Of a DNA stretch of 64,000 bases, positions 12,612-23,858 are shown one piece after another. The position numbers and the translations under genes were made by a program. The stretch is from Octopus sinensis. Its lineage: Eukaryota. The notes beneath the pieces are model-generated. The model did no database searches and had not been told where the DNA came from. It saw only the letters and a program-made list of their open reading frames with translations. Positions within the stretch are counted from its first letter, which is position 1; each line of letters opens with the position of its first letter. The stretch lies in assembly GCF_006345805.1 (NCBI RefSeq), contig NC_042997.1:17174001-17238000 (forward strand), in the 5' to 3' direction.

Positions 12612-13864
12612 CAGGAGTTGGACAAAATAATGGAAACACCTAGTATCATAGCATCATAATTTTGAAAATCGCCAAAAGCTTGTTTATTTTTATGTTTTTT
12701 GATTTATTATTAATGTTGCTTAATATGTTTTACTAAAACTGCTGTTTCTTTCCGATATCATCAGAAAAAGGTAATTATAAATCATTAAATTGACAGATCT
12801 ATCGGATTTTCAAAGAGGTCAAATTGTTTGTGCTCATATTGCAGGTGCTAGAGTAACGAAAACAGCCAAAATGTTTGGTATGTCAAGAAGTACTGTCTCA
12901 AAAGTAATGACAGCCTTTGAGAAAGCAGGAAAAACCTCCTCATGAAAACAAATCTCTGGAAGAAAACCAAAACTTTCAGATAGGGACCATCAAGCTTTTA
13001 GATGAATTGTTAGCAAGGATCACAAAAGTACAGCTCCTAAAATTACTGCAGAGTTTAACGACCACCTCGAGAACCCAGTTTCCACAAAAGCTCTTCACCA
13101 GGAGCTGCACAAAACCAGATTTCATGGGGGGCTGCAATCAGAAAACCACTACATTCAAAAACAAATGTTGCAAAGCATTTAGAGTGGAGTAAAAACCTAC
13201 CGAATTGGTCTCTAAAGCAGTGGAAGAATGTTATTTTCTCAGACAAATCATCTTTTGCCTTATTTTTTACCACTGGCCAAGTATATGTTTGGAGATAGCA
13301 AAAAGAAGCATTTGACTCAGATTACTTTCTTCCAAATATTAAACATGGAGGAGGATCTGTGATGATCTGGCGGGGGGGGGGTATATCTTGGAAATTTGCT
13401 GGCCCAATGGCAGGATTAATAGTCAAGACTATTTAAGCATTTTATCTGATCAACTTCATTCTATGGTTGCAGAACTGTTTCTAGAGGGGTATGCAATCTT
13501 TTAGGATGATGATGCACCAATTCACACAGCTAAAGTTGTTACTGAATGGTACGAGGAACATTCTAGTGAAGTTGAACTTCTTATCTGGCCACCACAGTCC
13601 CAAGATCTCAATATTATTGAACAGTTATGGTGCATTTTAGAAAAACAAGTAAGGAGTCAATATAGCCCACCATCACCACTACAAGAACTGGAGACTGGTT
13701 TGGCTGAAAAATAGACAAAAATTCCTTTGGAAACAATTCAAACTTTGTACAAGTCCATACCTCATAGATTCAAGTTGTAATTACTGCCAAAAGCAGTCCT
13801 ACTCCATATCAAAATAAATTTGCTTGAAATTTTTAGGTGTTTCCATTATTTTGTCCAACCCCTG
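12612..13864 (+). mobile_element. Full-length inactivated Tc1-type DNA transposon, DD36E spacing (Incomer-like)
   Basis: 30-bp TIRs CAGG(A/G)GTTGGACAAAATAATGGAAACACCT with 1 mismatch; TA on both sides. Transposase from 12790 (ATG mutated to TTG): TDLSDFQRGQIV..., KHGGGSVMIW, F*DDDAPIHT, WPPQSQDLNIIEQLW. Contains stops and frameshifts. Second D at 13508 and E at 13619 are separated by 36 codons. Confidence 0.95.
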
Positions 13865-13924
13865 TAAATACATATCTACATACATACAAACTTACATATA
13901 TATATACATACATATATGCATATA

Positions 13925-14285
13925 AAAAAGGGTAAAAGGGTAAAGACCCCCTTCGGTCATGAATGACCATGGGATTGCACCTAGAAAGTTACCCTCCTAG
14001 ACACAAGTCCGGGCAAGGTTGTTCATGGAAGACCAGCAGTCGCCCATGCATACCAGCCTCCCCTCTCCACGCCACCAGTGTTATCCAAGGGAAAGGCAAA
14101 GGGGCCGATACAGATTGGCACCTGTGACGTCGCAACTCATTTCTACAGCTGAGTGAACTGGAGCAACGTGAAAATAAAGTGCCTTGCTCAAGAACACAAC
14201 ACGCAGCCCGGTCCGGGATTCGAGCTCACAACCTCACGATTGAGTGAGGCCCATGGCTCAGTGGTTAGAGCGTCGAGCTTACGAT
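13925..14285 (-). mobile_element. Young tRNA-derived SINE (family C) with inverted 5' head
   Basis: CpG-rich, intact body on minus (13925-14247); A-box segment GGCCCATGGCTCAGTGGTTAGAGCG on plus (14248-14285); ATGCATATA duplicated at 13916-13924 and 14284-14292. Confidence 0.9.
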
Positions 14286-15675
14286 GCATATATATATATA
14301 TATATATATATATAAGTATGTCTAGATATGCAACTATATGCATGAGAATACATACATAAAACAAAACATACAAATCTGCACACATACATACAAACAAACA
14401 AGCAAACAAAAATACCCTGTTGTTGATGTTGAAATTGCAATGAAGGAGCCTTGGATCTAGGTTAGAAACGAGCTCTTTCTCTATTGGCAAGAAATCTTAA
14501 AATAAAACTGAACAATGACATACATTCATGCATGCATAGATGAGTTTATGCTGATAAAGATAAATTCTTTATAAGTATTAAGCTCTGAAATTACTAAGGA
14601 AAATAAAAGATTCTTTGCAGGAAATATGTACATTTAAAAGAAAAAGAACAAAGAAAAATAGCAGGCCTCCAGGCAGAACATTCAATAGATATGAACTGAC
14701 CAGGATTTCATGAAATATAAGCTGTTTAGATAATTTCAGGCCTTATGTCTTACACACACACACACAAATATGCACACATTCGTATGTGTGTGTGTATTCA
14801 TGTATATAAACATTTAGCTATTTAACTGTTCAATACCAACTCAAAATTTACGCTGTTTATTTATTTACCTATATCTTTGTCCTATTTCTTTTTCCTTATA
14901 GATAAATAGCAATGACTTTTCCTGACCAGTGATTCTTCAATTCAAAGAGGTATGTGACTTAAGAATCTGAAATTTTCTAGTTCATGGTGATACTAAATAA
15001 TAAAATCTTTTTCCGATTTTGGAAAATAAAAGCAAAAAAAAAAGAAAAAGAAACAAACAAAAACTGGCTGCTTAACAACAGAGTGTATAATTCTTAAAGT
15101 TTGTTACAACTAATAGTACTATAGTGTCTCATCATTTCTGCAGGGTGTGTCTACTTTGGAAAAGAAGAGCAGCTGCATCTGATATTAATCCATGCAACTT
15201 TGAACAAATGTTGTGTGTGGCATGGAAGGGGATTTTCCATGTCAGAACATACCACACATACCAGACTATAAACACCACACACATACACCACTCAGCATTT
15301 ATACTACACATACTAGAGCAGGCACAAATGACATTCCTGAACACATTGCATTTGATCTTGTGTCTCACTTATTTGATCATACACCATGCATACCAAAACA
15401 TTTGCACAGACATACACACTCAATACACACGAAAATATAAATGGCACACACTAAAGCATCCACCATCATCATGCCAAAAATTATATTCTATGCACCAGCA
15501 CAGATAGAACTGGTAAGAATTCTGTCACACTGCTTACACAGGCAACATCTTTCTCACATGCATGTAAACATAAAACACTATATCACAAGATCATACATCA
15601 CATATAAAAAAGCTTAACACATTCCTACATAGAAGTACATTTCACACACACACACACATTATTTACTCTCGCGGG

Positions 15676-16423
15676 GTGCATAATGTCAGTGTGCATGCAC
15701 AACAGAGTACAAGCTTCCTGAGAGAAAAGTTGGACAGAAGAAGCATCAGATATGGTGTGCAAGAGAGACAACTGTGCTGGTATGGTTATGTGATGCATAT
15801 ATATGAGGACAGGCATGTGAAGAAGTAGGATGAGTTGATTAAGCACGACCTTTGAAAGCTGGGCCTCACAGAGACAATGACAAGCAACTGAGACCTTTGG
15901 AGATATGCTGTGCTTGAGAAGACCCAGCAAGCCAAGTGAGATCATAGTCGTGGCTAATGCCAGTATTGCATAGCTGGCCCATTTAAAAGCACCCTCCACT
16001 CATTGAGCGATATGCTGTGCTTGAGAAGATCTGTTGAACCTAGTAAAATCGATGCCAATGCCAGTGCTGGTGTCATATAAAAAGTACCATTTGAGTATGG
16101 CTGATGCTAGTGCCACATGACTGACATGTAAAAAAACACCATTCAAGTGTGGCTGATGCTAGTGCCACCTGACTGGCAGCCATAACAGTGGCATGTAAAA
16201 AGCACCATTCAAGCATGACCGATGCCAGTGTCACCTGACTGGAATGTAAAAAGTACCCATCACACTCTTGGAGAGGTTGGCATTAGGAAGGACATCCAAC
16301 TGTAGAAACCTTGCCAAATCAAATTGGGGCCTGGTGCAGCCTCCCAGTTTACCAATTCTCAGTCAAGCCATCTGTCCTATACCAGCATAGAAAGTGACTC
16401 TTAAATGATGGTGATGATGATGA
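15676..16423 (+). mobile_element. RTE LINE 3' part (ORF C-terminus, tandem-repeat 3' UTR, GAT tail)
   Basis: NVSVHAQQSTSFLREKLD..SIRYGVQERQLCWYGYVM matches the RTE C-terminal RRLRWYGHV region; internal deletion; UTR subrepeats at about 16050-16260. Confidence 0.85.
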
Positions 16424-16599
16424 ACAGAACATATCACACAAGCACGTCATTTGTTGAAATCCCTGAGTAGCAGTTATTACAATATTTCCCCAATATATTT
16501 GTTTCTCTTCAGTTAAACAAAGGTCCTATATTCTATCAGAAAGGCATGGGGCCAAGAAAACCTACTGTTTGATTCCAAAACTAGCTCTGATATGAAACC

Positions 16600-17070
16600 A
16601 ACTTTTTCACATACACAAACTTTAATACTAACACCAACCTCAATTGTAATCTTAACACTCGATATTAATCCAAATACCAGGGAAAAAATATTAATTCAGA
16701 CTAAAATCTAAAGCTATAACAACTAACCTTAATCTATAATTCAAACCCAAATATGGAAACAGACACACACATATGCATATAAATACAATAGTCTTTCTAC
16801 AGTTTCCCTCTAACACTCACAAGGCCTTGGTCAGCCTGAGACTATCTATAGTAGGAAGCACCTGCCTGCAGAGCCATACAAGAATGAGTCCTAAACAGCA
16901 TGGCTGGGAACTGAACTTTTTAACCACTTAGCTATACCATCTCAAATCCTGAACTGACAACTGTAACCTAAACACAAGCTTCTATACTAATCTTAAATTA
17001 TATCTAAATTCTAAAATTGATTTCAGCCAAAACATTAACTTAACCCATTTCCTAACCCTAACCTTAAGCA
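16600..17070. repeat. Degenerate TAACCC-like hexamer tract interrupted by a family B SINE (16775-16940, minus)
   Basis: Periodic TAACCC/TAATCC/TAACCT units, best preserved at about 17035-17065 (AACTTAACCCATTTCCTAACCCTAACCTTAA). Confidence 0.45.
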
Positions 17071-17689
17071 TACGTTTTTAAAAACTTGTTGAAACATCTG
17101 AAGCTATTCCTAAACAGTATGCTAATCATGTTTCAAGTTGATTAGCAACTCATGGTTGATTCTCAGAAATTCCCTTTGATAATCAAGTGGTATATTTATT
17201 CACCCTGAAGAATGATAAAAAACGAAATAGGCACACTTAAGCACTTAGTCATGCTCCCTCCAAGACTTTTTCCCCATTGGCTGCTGTAAGAGAGAGAGAA
17301 AAAACCCCCATAAAATAAGATAAAAGAAAAGAGATTGGGCGAAGCAGGGTTGGGTGAGGTAATAAAAATAAAAAAGAAAACACAAACAAGAAACTGAATC
17401 TATTAAAATGTTGCAACTGTGATATTGTAATGTTTTTTATTTGTTGTAGCAACACCATCAATAGCATTAACAGATAAATCGGCAATAACAAGCAAACAAG
17501 TGACCCTCTACGTGGTTGTTCAAGCTGCAAGAAATAATAACCAAATCTCCCTCAAATTATGCACTTTTGACTGAAAAGAAATATACACTGGGTAATGTAA
17601 TCGAAGATATGCTATGCATATAAAAAAAAAGGAAAAAAGACAAGTTGGTTATGGCCTTTGATCATAGGATCAGGGTTGACAATGGTTAA

Positions 17690-18352
17690 ACAACAAAACC
17701 AACCAGTATAAAGCAACAAGAACATGATCAATAAAAAATAACAACAACATCAACAGTAATAGTGACTGCAACAATGAAGGCAACAGCAACATCAGTGATG
17801 GCAGCAACAGCAACAAAAACATTTGTAAGCAAGAAAAAATAGCAATAACAACAATACTCTCCTTTAACATATGTGCCACTGCCACCACAACCACCACGAC
17901 AACCACTACCACAACAATGTTAGCAACTAGAAGAGTGCTCATATCACCCCACCACCGACCACAGACATGTACACTCCTCCATCCATCTCCACTCTCGTCA
18001 ACAACTAAAGCAGCGCTTTCCCAAGCAAATAACACATCAATGACTCCAAAACAACAACATAGACATAAACAGCAACAATAACAATGATAACTACAACGAT
18101 AAACAGCCATCGCCATAACAGCAACACCACCATCACCACCACCATCAGCTGCAGTAATACAACAGAAAGTAATATATAAGCTGATCGTTTCTTTTTAAAA
18201 TTTTTTTCACTCAACCTTTTTTGAAGTACTGTATCCTTCAAAGCCCTCACCAAATATTTCCAATCTTAGAACATTTGCCATGTCAGCACTGCCATGGCAT
18301 TCAACAAGATTGACTTTATTCTTTGACTTTCTTCTACTTTTATGATCATTAG

Positions 18353-18386
<34 letters not shown>

Positions 18387-18420
18387 GCAGTAGTAGTAGC
18401 ACTATTATTATTATTAGTAT
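17690..18420. repeat. Trinucleotide mosaic (CAA/CAG/CCA/ATT)
   Basis: Low-complexity triplet repeats; source of ORFs 17670-18116 and 18005-18253. Confidence 0.8.
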
Positions 18421-18539
18421 TAACAGTAGTATGTTTTTTTGTTGTATTTTCAGGTTGTTAAATCAGAATACATTCTTCTATTTGGTTGTCAAAGAAACAA
18501 ACATTATAATAGAATAGACACACACGCAACACAACACAA

Positions 18540-18597
<58 letters not shown>

Positions 18598-18839
18598 GTA
18601 TGTATGTATGTATATATTTAGGTACCATAAAAATCCTTTACAATTTGTTATATAAAACCTTTTAAATGATGCCTTACTCAAGTATGAATAAGATACATAT
18701 TATACATGTGTAAGAGTTCATAATTATATACATATACAAGTGTGTGACTGTGTGTGTAAACATATATTTAAACATAAACACACACAGAGATGTTGATAGT
18801 GAATTTGTCATTCAATGATGATGATTCATTTGCTCAATC

Positions 18840-19145
18840 AACTGAATAACCAGCCGTTGAATTTACTTACACAAATGGCTGAATATTCCACAAACACATG
18901 TAGCCTTAATGTAATTCTCAGATAGAATTAGCATAACACAGTGTGTGTGACTATGCTATACCTTTTGAATCACAGGTACTACCCACCTGAAGTGCTTCTA
19001 TAGATTTTGTATCTTCCCAGTTTCACTTGCAAGGCAAATTCAACCTCAGTGGAATTTGAACTCAGAATGTATGACTATAGAAAATGACACTTGCCCAAGA
19101 TGCCATGCAGTGTCCTTGAATCCAAGACCTTGTGATAATGAAGTG
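18840..19145 (-). mobile_element. SINE family B with an embedded family A segment
   Basis: GACACTTGCCCAAGATGCCATGCAGTG is family B; AAGGCAAATTCAACCTCAGTGGAATTTGAACTCAGAATG (about 19030-19070) is family A. Confidence 0.55.
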
Positions 19146-19163
19146 TGTACATATATATATTTA

Positions 19164-19320
19164 ATTGCTGAAGTTCACTTTGCCTTTCATCCTCTTGGGA
19201 TTGATGAAATAAGTACCAGTTGAGCATTGGGGTAGATGTAATCAATTAGCCCCTTCTTCCCAAATTTTGGGCCTTGTGCATATAGTAGAAAGGATAATAA
19301 TAATAATAATCAATATCATT
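19164..19320 (+). mobile_element. 5'-truncated SINE family A with (AAT)n tail
   Basis: CTTTGCCTTTCATCCTCTTGGGATTGATGAAATAAGTACCAGTT matches the 57908 copy. Confidence 0.7.
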
Positions 19321-19400
19321 ATCATTATGAGGATAATATGTATAGAGGAAGGCATATAACTACATTCATATAGTTCTCTCTTTCTCACTCTCGTCCTCTT

Positions 19401-19467
<67 letters not shown>

Positions 19468-19473
<6 letters not shown>

Positions 19474-19935
19474 TAAAAAATTTATAAGCATTCCCTTATA
19501 TGGTTTTCCCGTTGACTACTTGATAATTCTTACAGAGATTTTAACCCTATATTTAATTTTAACTTTAACTGGAATATATTCAGTGCTGAATTATTCTGAA
19601 TATACACATGTACTGAGATGAAAATTGAAAAGCCCGCCTCTTACATAGATATATAAGAATGAACATTTCTATGTGCTATGTTGGATACATTTGGTGTTCG
19701 TCTGGTATGTTGAATTTTGTTCATTTTTATGTGTCTTGATTATGCCTGCACTGATGATTAGAAAGTGGATTATGCACTCTAACTATGAAATCATATGATT
19801 TGCAGCTGAATCTGTTTTTAAGAGACGACTTCCAAGTTGCATTCCCTTGCTGCCAGTACACTGTATATTTATTATGGTTGTTTTGACTTTAAGAGTCCCG
19901 CATAGCATGAGGTATTTATGTGTAGTAATGCCCTT
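19468..19935 (+). mobile_element. Probable Penelope-like pLTR fragment carrying a hammerhead ribozyme
   Basis: Non-microsatellite block between (TA)n and (AATAT)n that contains the HHR below. PLE origin is inferred from the known association of minimal HHRs with PLEs. Confidence 0.45.
19746..19805 (+). ncRNA. Minimal type-I hammerhead ribozyme (candidate)
   Basis: Stem I CTGCA/TGCAG (5 bp); core CTGATGA at 19751-19757; imperfect stem II at 19758-19786; GAAA at 19787-19790; palindromic stem III ATCATATGAT; NUH triplet = AUU. Confidence 0.65.
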
Positions 19936-20027
19936 AATATAATATGATATAATATAATATAATATAATGTAATATAATGTAATATAATACAATACAATAT
20001 TATATATATATATATATATATACATTA

Positions 20028-20400
20028 TGTGGCTGATGCTGGTGGCACATAAAAAACACCTTTCAAGCACTGGGCTTCATGGTGGCAATGACAAATGACC
20101 AAGACCTTTGTCAATATGCTGTGCTTGAGAAGAGGCCTCATCAAAGCAAGTGAAATTGTAGTCATGGCTGATACTGGTGTCACACAACTGGCACCCATGC
20201 TAGTGGCAGGTAAAACTATCCATTACTCTCTCAGAGTGGTTGGTGTTAGACAGGCATCCAACCATAGAAACCATGCCAAATCAGACTAGTGTCTGGTGCA
20301 GCCCCCTAGCTTACTAAACCTAGTCAAACTGTCCAACCCATGCCAACATGGACAACGGATGTTAAATGATGATGGTGATGATTATCATCATCATCATCAA
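20028..20400 (+). mobile_element. RTE 3' end with GAT tail
   Basis: ATATGCTGTGCTTGAGAAGA ... GAGTGGTTGGTGTTAG ... GTCCAACCCATGCC ... GGATGTTAAATGATGAT. Confidence 0.8.
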
Positions 20401-20413
20401 TATTATTATTATT

Positions 20414-20641
20414 AAGGTGGCAAGCTGGTAGAATTGTTCAGCATGCTGGACAAAATGTTTAGTGGCATTTTGGCATTTTGTCTGTCTTTACATTCTGAGT
20501 TCAAATTCCACTGAGGTTGACTTTACCTTTCATCCATTTGGGGTTGTTTAAATATAATACCAGTTATGTATTGGAGTCAATGTAATCAAATAGCCTCCCC
20601 ACTCCTCTCAAAATAGCTGGCCTTGTGCCTAAATTAGAAAG

Positions 20642-20690
<49 letters not shown>
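20414..20690 (+). mobile_element. SINE family A with (ATT)n tail
   Basis: AGCTGGTAGAATTGTT head, TTCTGAGTTCAAATTCC B-box, CTTTACCTTTCATCC body. Confidence 0.75.
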
Positions 20691-20691
<1 letters not shown>

Positions 20692-21479
20692 GCAAATGTA
20701 GCATCCCCAATTACTGAGTGTTTGGATTATGTGAGCTATTATAATGATAATACTGTAAATTGATACCATAATGAAAATATGGTATTAATTATTATTAATA
20801 GTCACTGTATTGTTGCTTAGGAAAACATCTGTAACACCTTAAGATTCATCAGATGTTACCTTTAGATATCCTCATCATTTCATGACATCAGGTGAGAGAG
20901 ATACCACATTTCTTCCCTAGTGCTTACAATATCATGCATTACCACATCAACGTTTCACTCTCATGTCCCAAACCTCTCATGATGACCACTGTACAAGTAA
21001 TCTTGCATCTCTTCCCACCAGCTGGCTAAGCTATCGAAAGGACAAATGATAAATCATTTATCATTTGGTCTAAAGCAGTGCCTAGAAAATTGTATTTTAC
21101 GTTGTGTTGCTGTTTGAATAAATATTTGTGTGTATGTAGTATTATATAAATGTAAGGATGTATAAATATATATAAAATTGGATGCTTATGGTTGAAACAT
21201 TTTCAGTTATAGGTTTGCTTGATCAAGGCTAACTAGGAATGGGATAGAGTGTTGGAGAAAGGGTCTGCTACGTTCAGTGATGAAGCCCCACAAATTGTTG
21301 GATATGATTTCTATGAAATATTATGTACACTATGTAGAAGTGTAACAACCCTTCTAATCCCTTGCTTAATGGCCCTCATAAAGCAAACCTACAAAGACAT
21401 TCTAGCTATGACCATTCATGCTTCAGCCATAGTGTTGAAGATTTTATTATCCAATGCATATTCCTATCTTTTTTTAAAA

Positions 21480-21780
21480 ACGGTGATGCTTGATGATTTG
21501 AGAGAGATTTGGTTGCTATTTCTAGCAACCTGCTCACATGTATAGAGGCTTTTTCATCAACTTCTAATTTGTTATATCTGCTTTTTTAGTCCAAGATCAG
21601 CTGTGATTGAGCAAAGCTATGATCAAAGGCATTCCAGCTAGGACCATTCCAGCTCCTTTTTTTACTTCAGGCATATCTATATTATTCAATGCGAGCATAT
21701 TACTTTAAGTGATTTGAGAAAGATTTTGCAGCTATTTCTAACTCTTTGTGCTACCACCTTATAGAAGCTCTTAGGTTGTG
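21480..21780 (+). mobile_element. Two decayed copies of a short repeat (family D, GAGATTTGGCTGCTATTTCTAGC core)
   Basis: The same core recurs at 17490-17695 (minus), about 27720-27950, 41490-41680 and 41830-42000. Confidence 0.5.
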
Positions 21781-22779
21781 TTTGTAATGGCAATGGTAGT
21801 GATGTTGTTGCTAATAGTTCATGGTAGTTATAGCAGTGATAGTGTTCATGGCAGTGGTTGCTGAAATACATCAAAAGCTACATTAAATGCAGGTGTAAAA
21901 ATCTTTTGATAGTTACTTCATTTCCAGTACATCTGATATGCTAAATATTCTCCCCACAAAAAAGATTTTCCACTTTACAGACTCATCCGAGTTAGTTATT
22001 TATTTTTATCTTCACTTCCAGTATTAATCATGTGTATATGGCATGTACATACATGTATGTGTTTGTATGTATGTCTATGCTTGTGCATGAATAGGTCTGT
22101 ATGTGAATATATGTAGAAATTTTTGTTTATACATGGATAGATATATTCATTTACAAATATGTGTATGTATATATTTGAATTCATGCATGAATGTATAGAT
22201 ATGTATAAATGTACATATAAATGTGTGTGAGTACATAAATTTATATATGTGTATATATACACACATATTACAGACAAACATGCTCATTTATGAATTTATG
22301 AGTATATATGTTTGTATAAATATTTCTAATTTTGCTAAACACATATACACACATATAAATTTGTGCAGACATATGTGAATTATATATATATACACACATA
22401 CATATGTACATACATACTTACATACATACATACATACATACATATATTATACATACATATATACATACATATGTGCGTGTGTGTGTGTGTGCGCGTGAAT
22501 GTATGCGTTGATTACAGTTACACACAAATACATAAATATGCACATGTAATATACTATATTTTCAACAATAGTGTAGCTTCTACTGTATATTGACTTAAAT
22601 ATACATACTGATCTGCATGATTAAGCTGTATTGCGTCCACTGATCATGACCACTGGTTCAATATCCTGTCAACACACACATACACACATAATTTACATTC
22701 ACACACATCTATACAAATGACATCTGTATATCTAGCATATTTGTGTACGCATACAGATATAGTGAGAAAGAGAGAGAGA

Positions 22780-22825
<46 letters not shown>

Positions 22826-23173
22826 AAAAACTGAAACAGAAATGCGTACACACAAACGCTTCACATACACACAGTTGTACATGATGATGACAGATCCTCC
22901 TGAGTTTGTATGATGAGTTATCACTTATATGGACATTCTACTGCTCAGTTTAAGTGGATGAGTATTCCACAGACGTATGTATCAGAATGATATTCTACAT
23001 GACAAGCTGTTAATTTTGAATTACCAGAACAGTACATCTGACAGGCTTCAATACAGTTTCTGTTTATTCCTTTCAGTCACAAGGCATGGATAAAGAGGCT
23101 ATGATAAAAACATACACATACATACATCATATACACACACGCACATATATATATACATATATGTATATATGTA

Positions 23174-23411
23174 CAGGGTTGGCCAAAAGTCACCTGACAG
23201 TAAATCAAAATTCCATAAATACTTAATATTCAATTTTATTTATTCATTCCAATTATGAATGCTTAATAATTGAATGCCATGAGTTAAAATCACCGTTTTA
23301 TTAAAAACATTTATCTATTTATTAGCAAAGTCTCATATAAAATAACTTTTTGTTTTAATCTTGGAATTAAATGGTTTTGATTTACTGTCAGGTGAGTGTT
23401 GACCAACCCTG
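23174..23411. mobile_element. Tc1/mariner-type MITE (238 bp)
   Basis: About 37-bp TIRs CAGGGTTGG(C/T)CAA(AAG/CAC)TCACCTGACAGTAAATCAAAA; TA on the left, TG on the right; non-coding AT-rich interior. Confidence 0.8.
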
Positions 23412-23475
23412 TGTGTATATATATAAAAACACACACACACATATACCCTTATGTGTACATATCTACATACAGCTG

Positions 23476-23668
23476 TAAAAACCATGCTAAAACTAACTTC
23501 ACCTGTGCTAGTGCCATGTAAAAAGCACCGAGTCCACTCTGCAGAGTGGTTGGTGTTAGGAAGGGCATCCAGCCGTAAAATCCATAGCAAAACAGACATA
23601 AGTTGGCTCCTGTCAACCGTCCTATTCATGCATGCACGGAAGATGGATGTTAAATGATGATGATGATA
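23476..23668 (+). mobile_element. RTE-tailed short element
   Basis: GAGTGGTTGGTGTTAGGAAGGGCATCCAGCCGTA ... GGATGTTAAATGATGATGAT. Confidence 0.8.
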
Positions 23669-23711
23669 TATATATACATACACACATATATATATATATA
23701 TATACACATAA

Positions 23712-23858
23712 CATCATTATCATCGTTTAACGTCCGTTTTCCATGCTAGCATGGGTTGGACAGTTTGACCGGGGTCTGGGAAGCCAGGAGGCTGCACCAG
23801 GCTTCAGTTTGATCTAGCAGTGTTTCTACAGATGGATGCCCTTCCTAACACCAACCAT
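23712..23858 (-). mobile_element. RTE-tailed short element, tail-to-tail with the preceding copy
   Basis: CATCGTTTAACGTCCGTTTTCCATGCTAGCATGGGTTGGAC ... GGATGCCCTTCCTAACACCAACC. Confidence 0.85.

Noticed and set aside
14248-14285. tRNA gene
   Set aside because: Only a SINE head. No complete cloverleaf was seen here or at 57908.
17670-18253. Long low-complexity frames open on both strands
   Set aside because: Triplet-repeat mosaic; no splice signals or recognisable domain.
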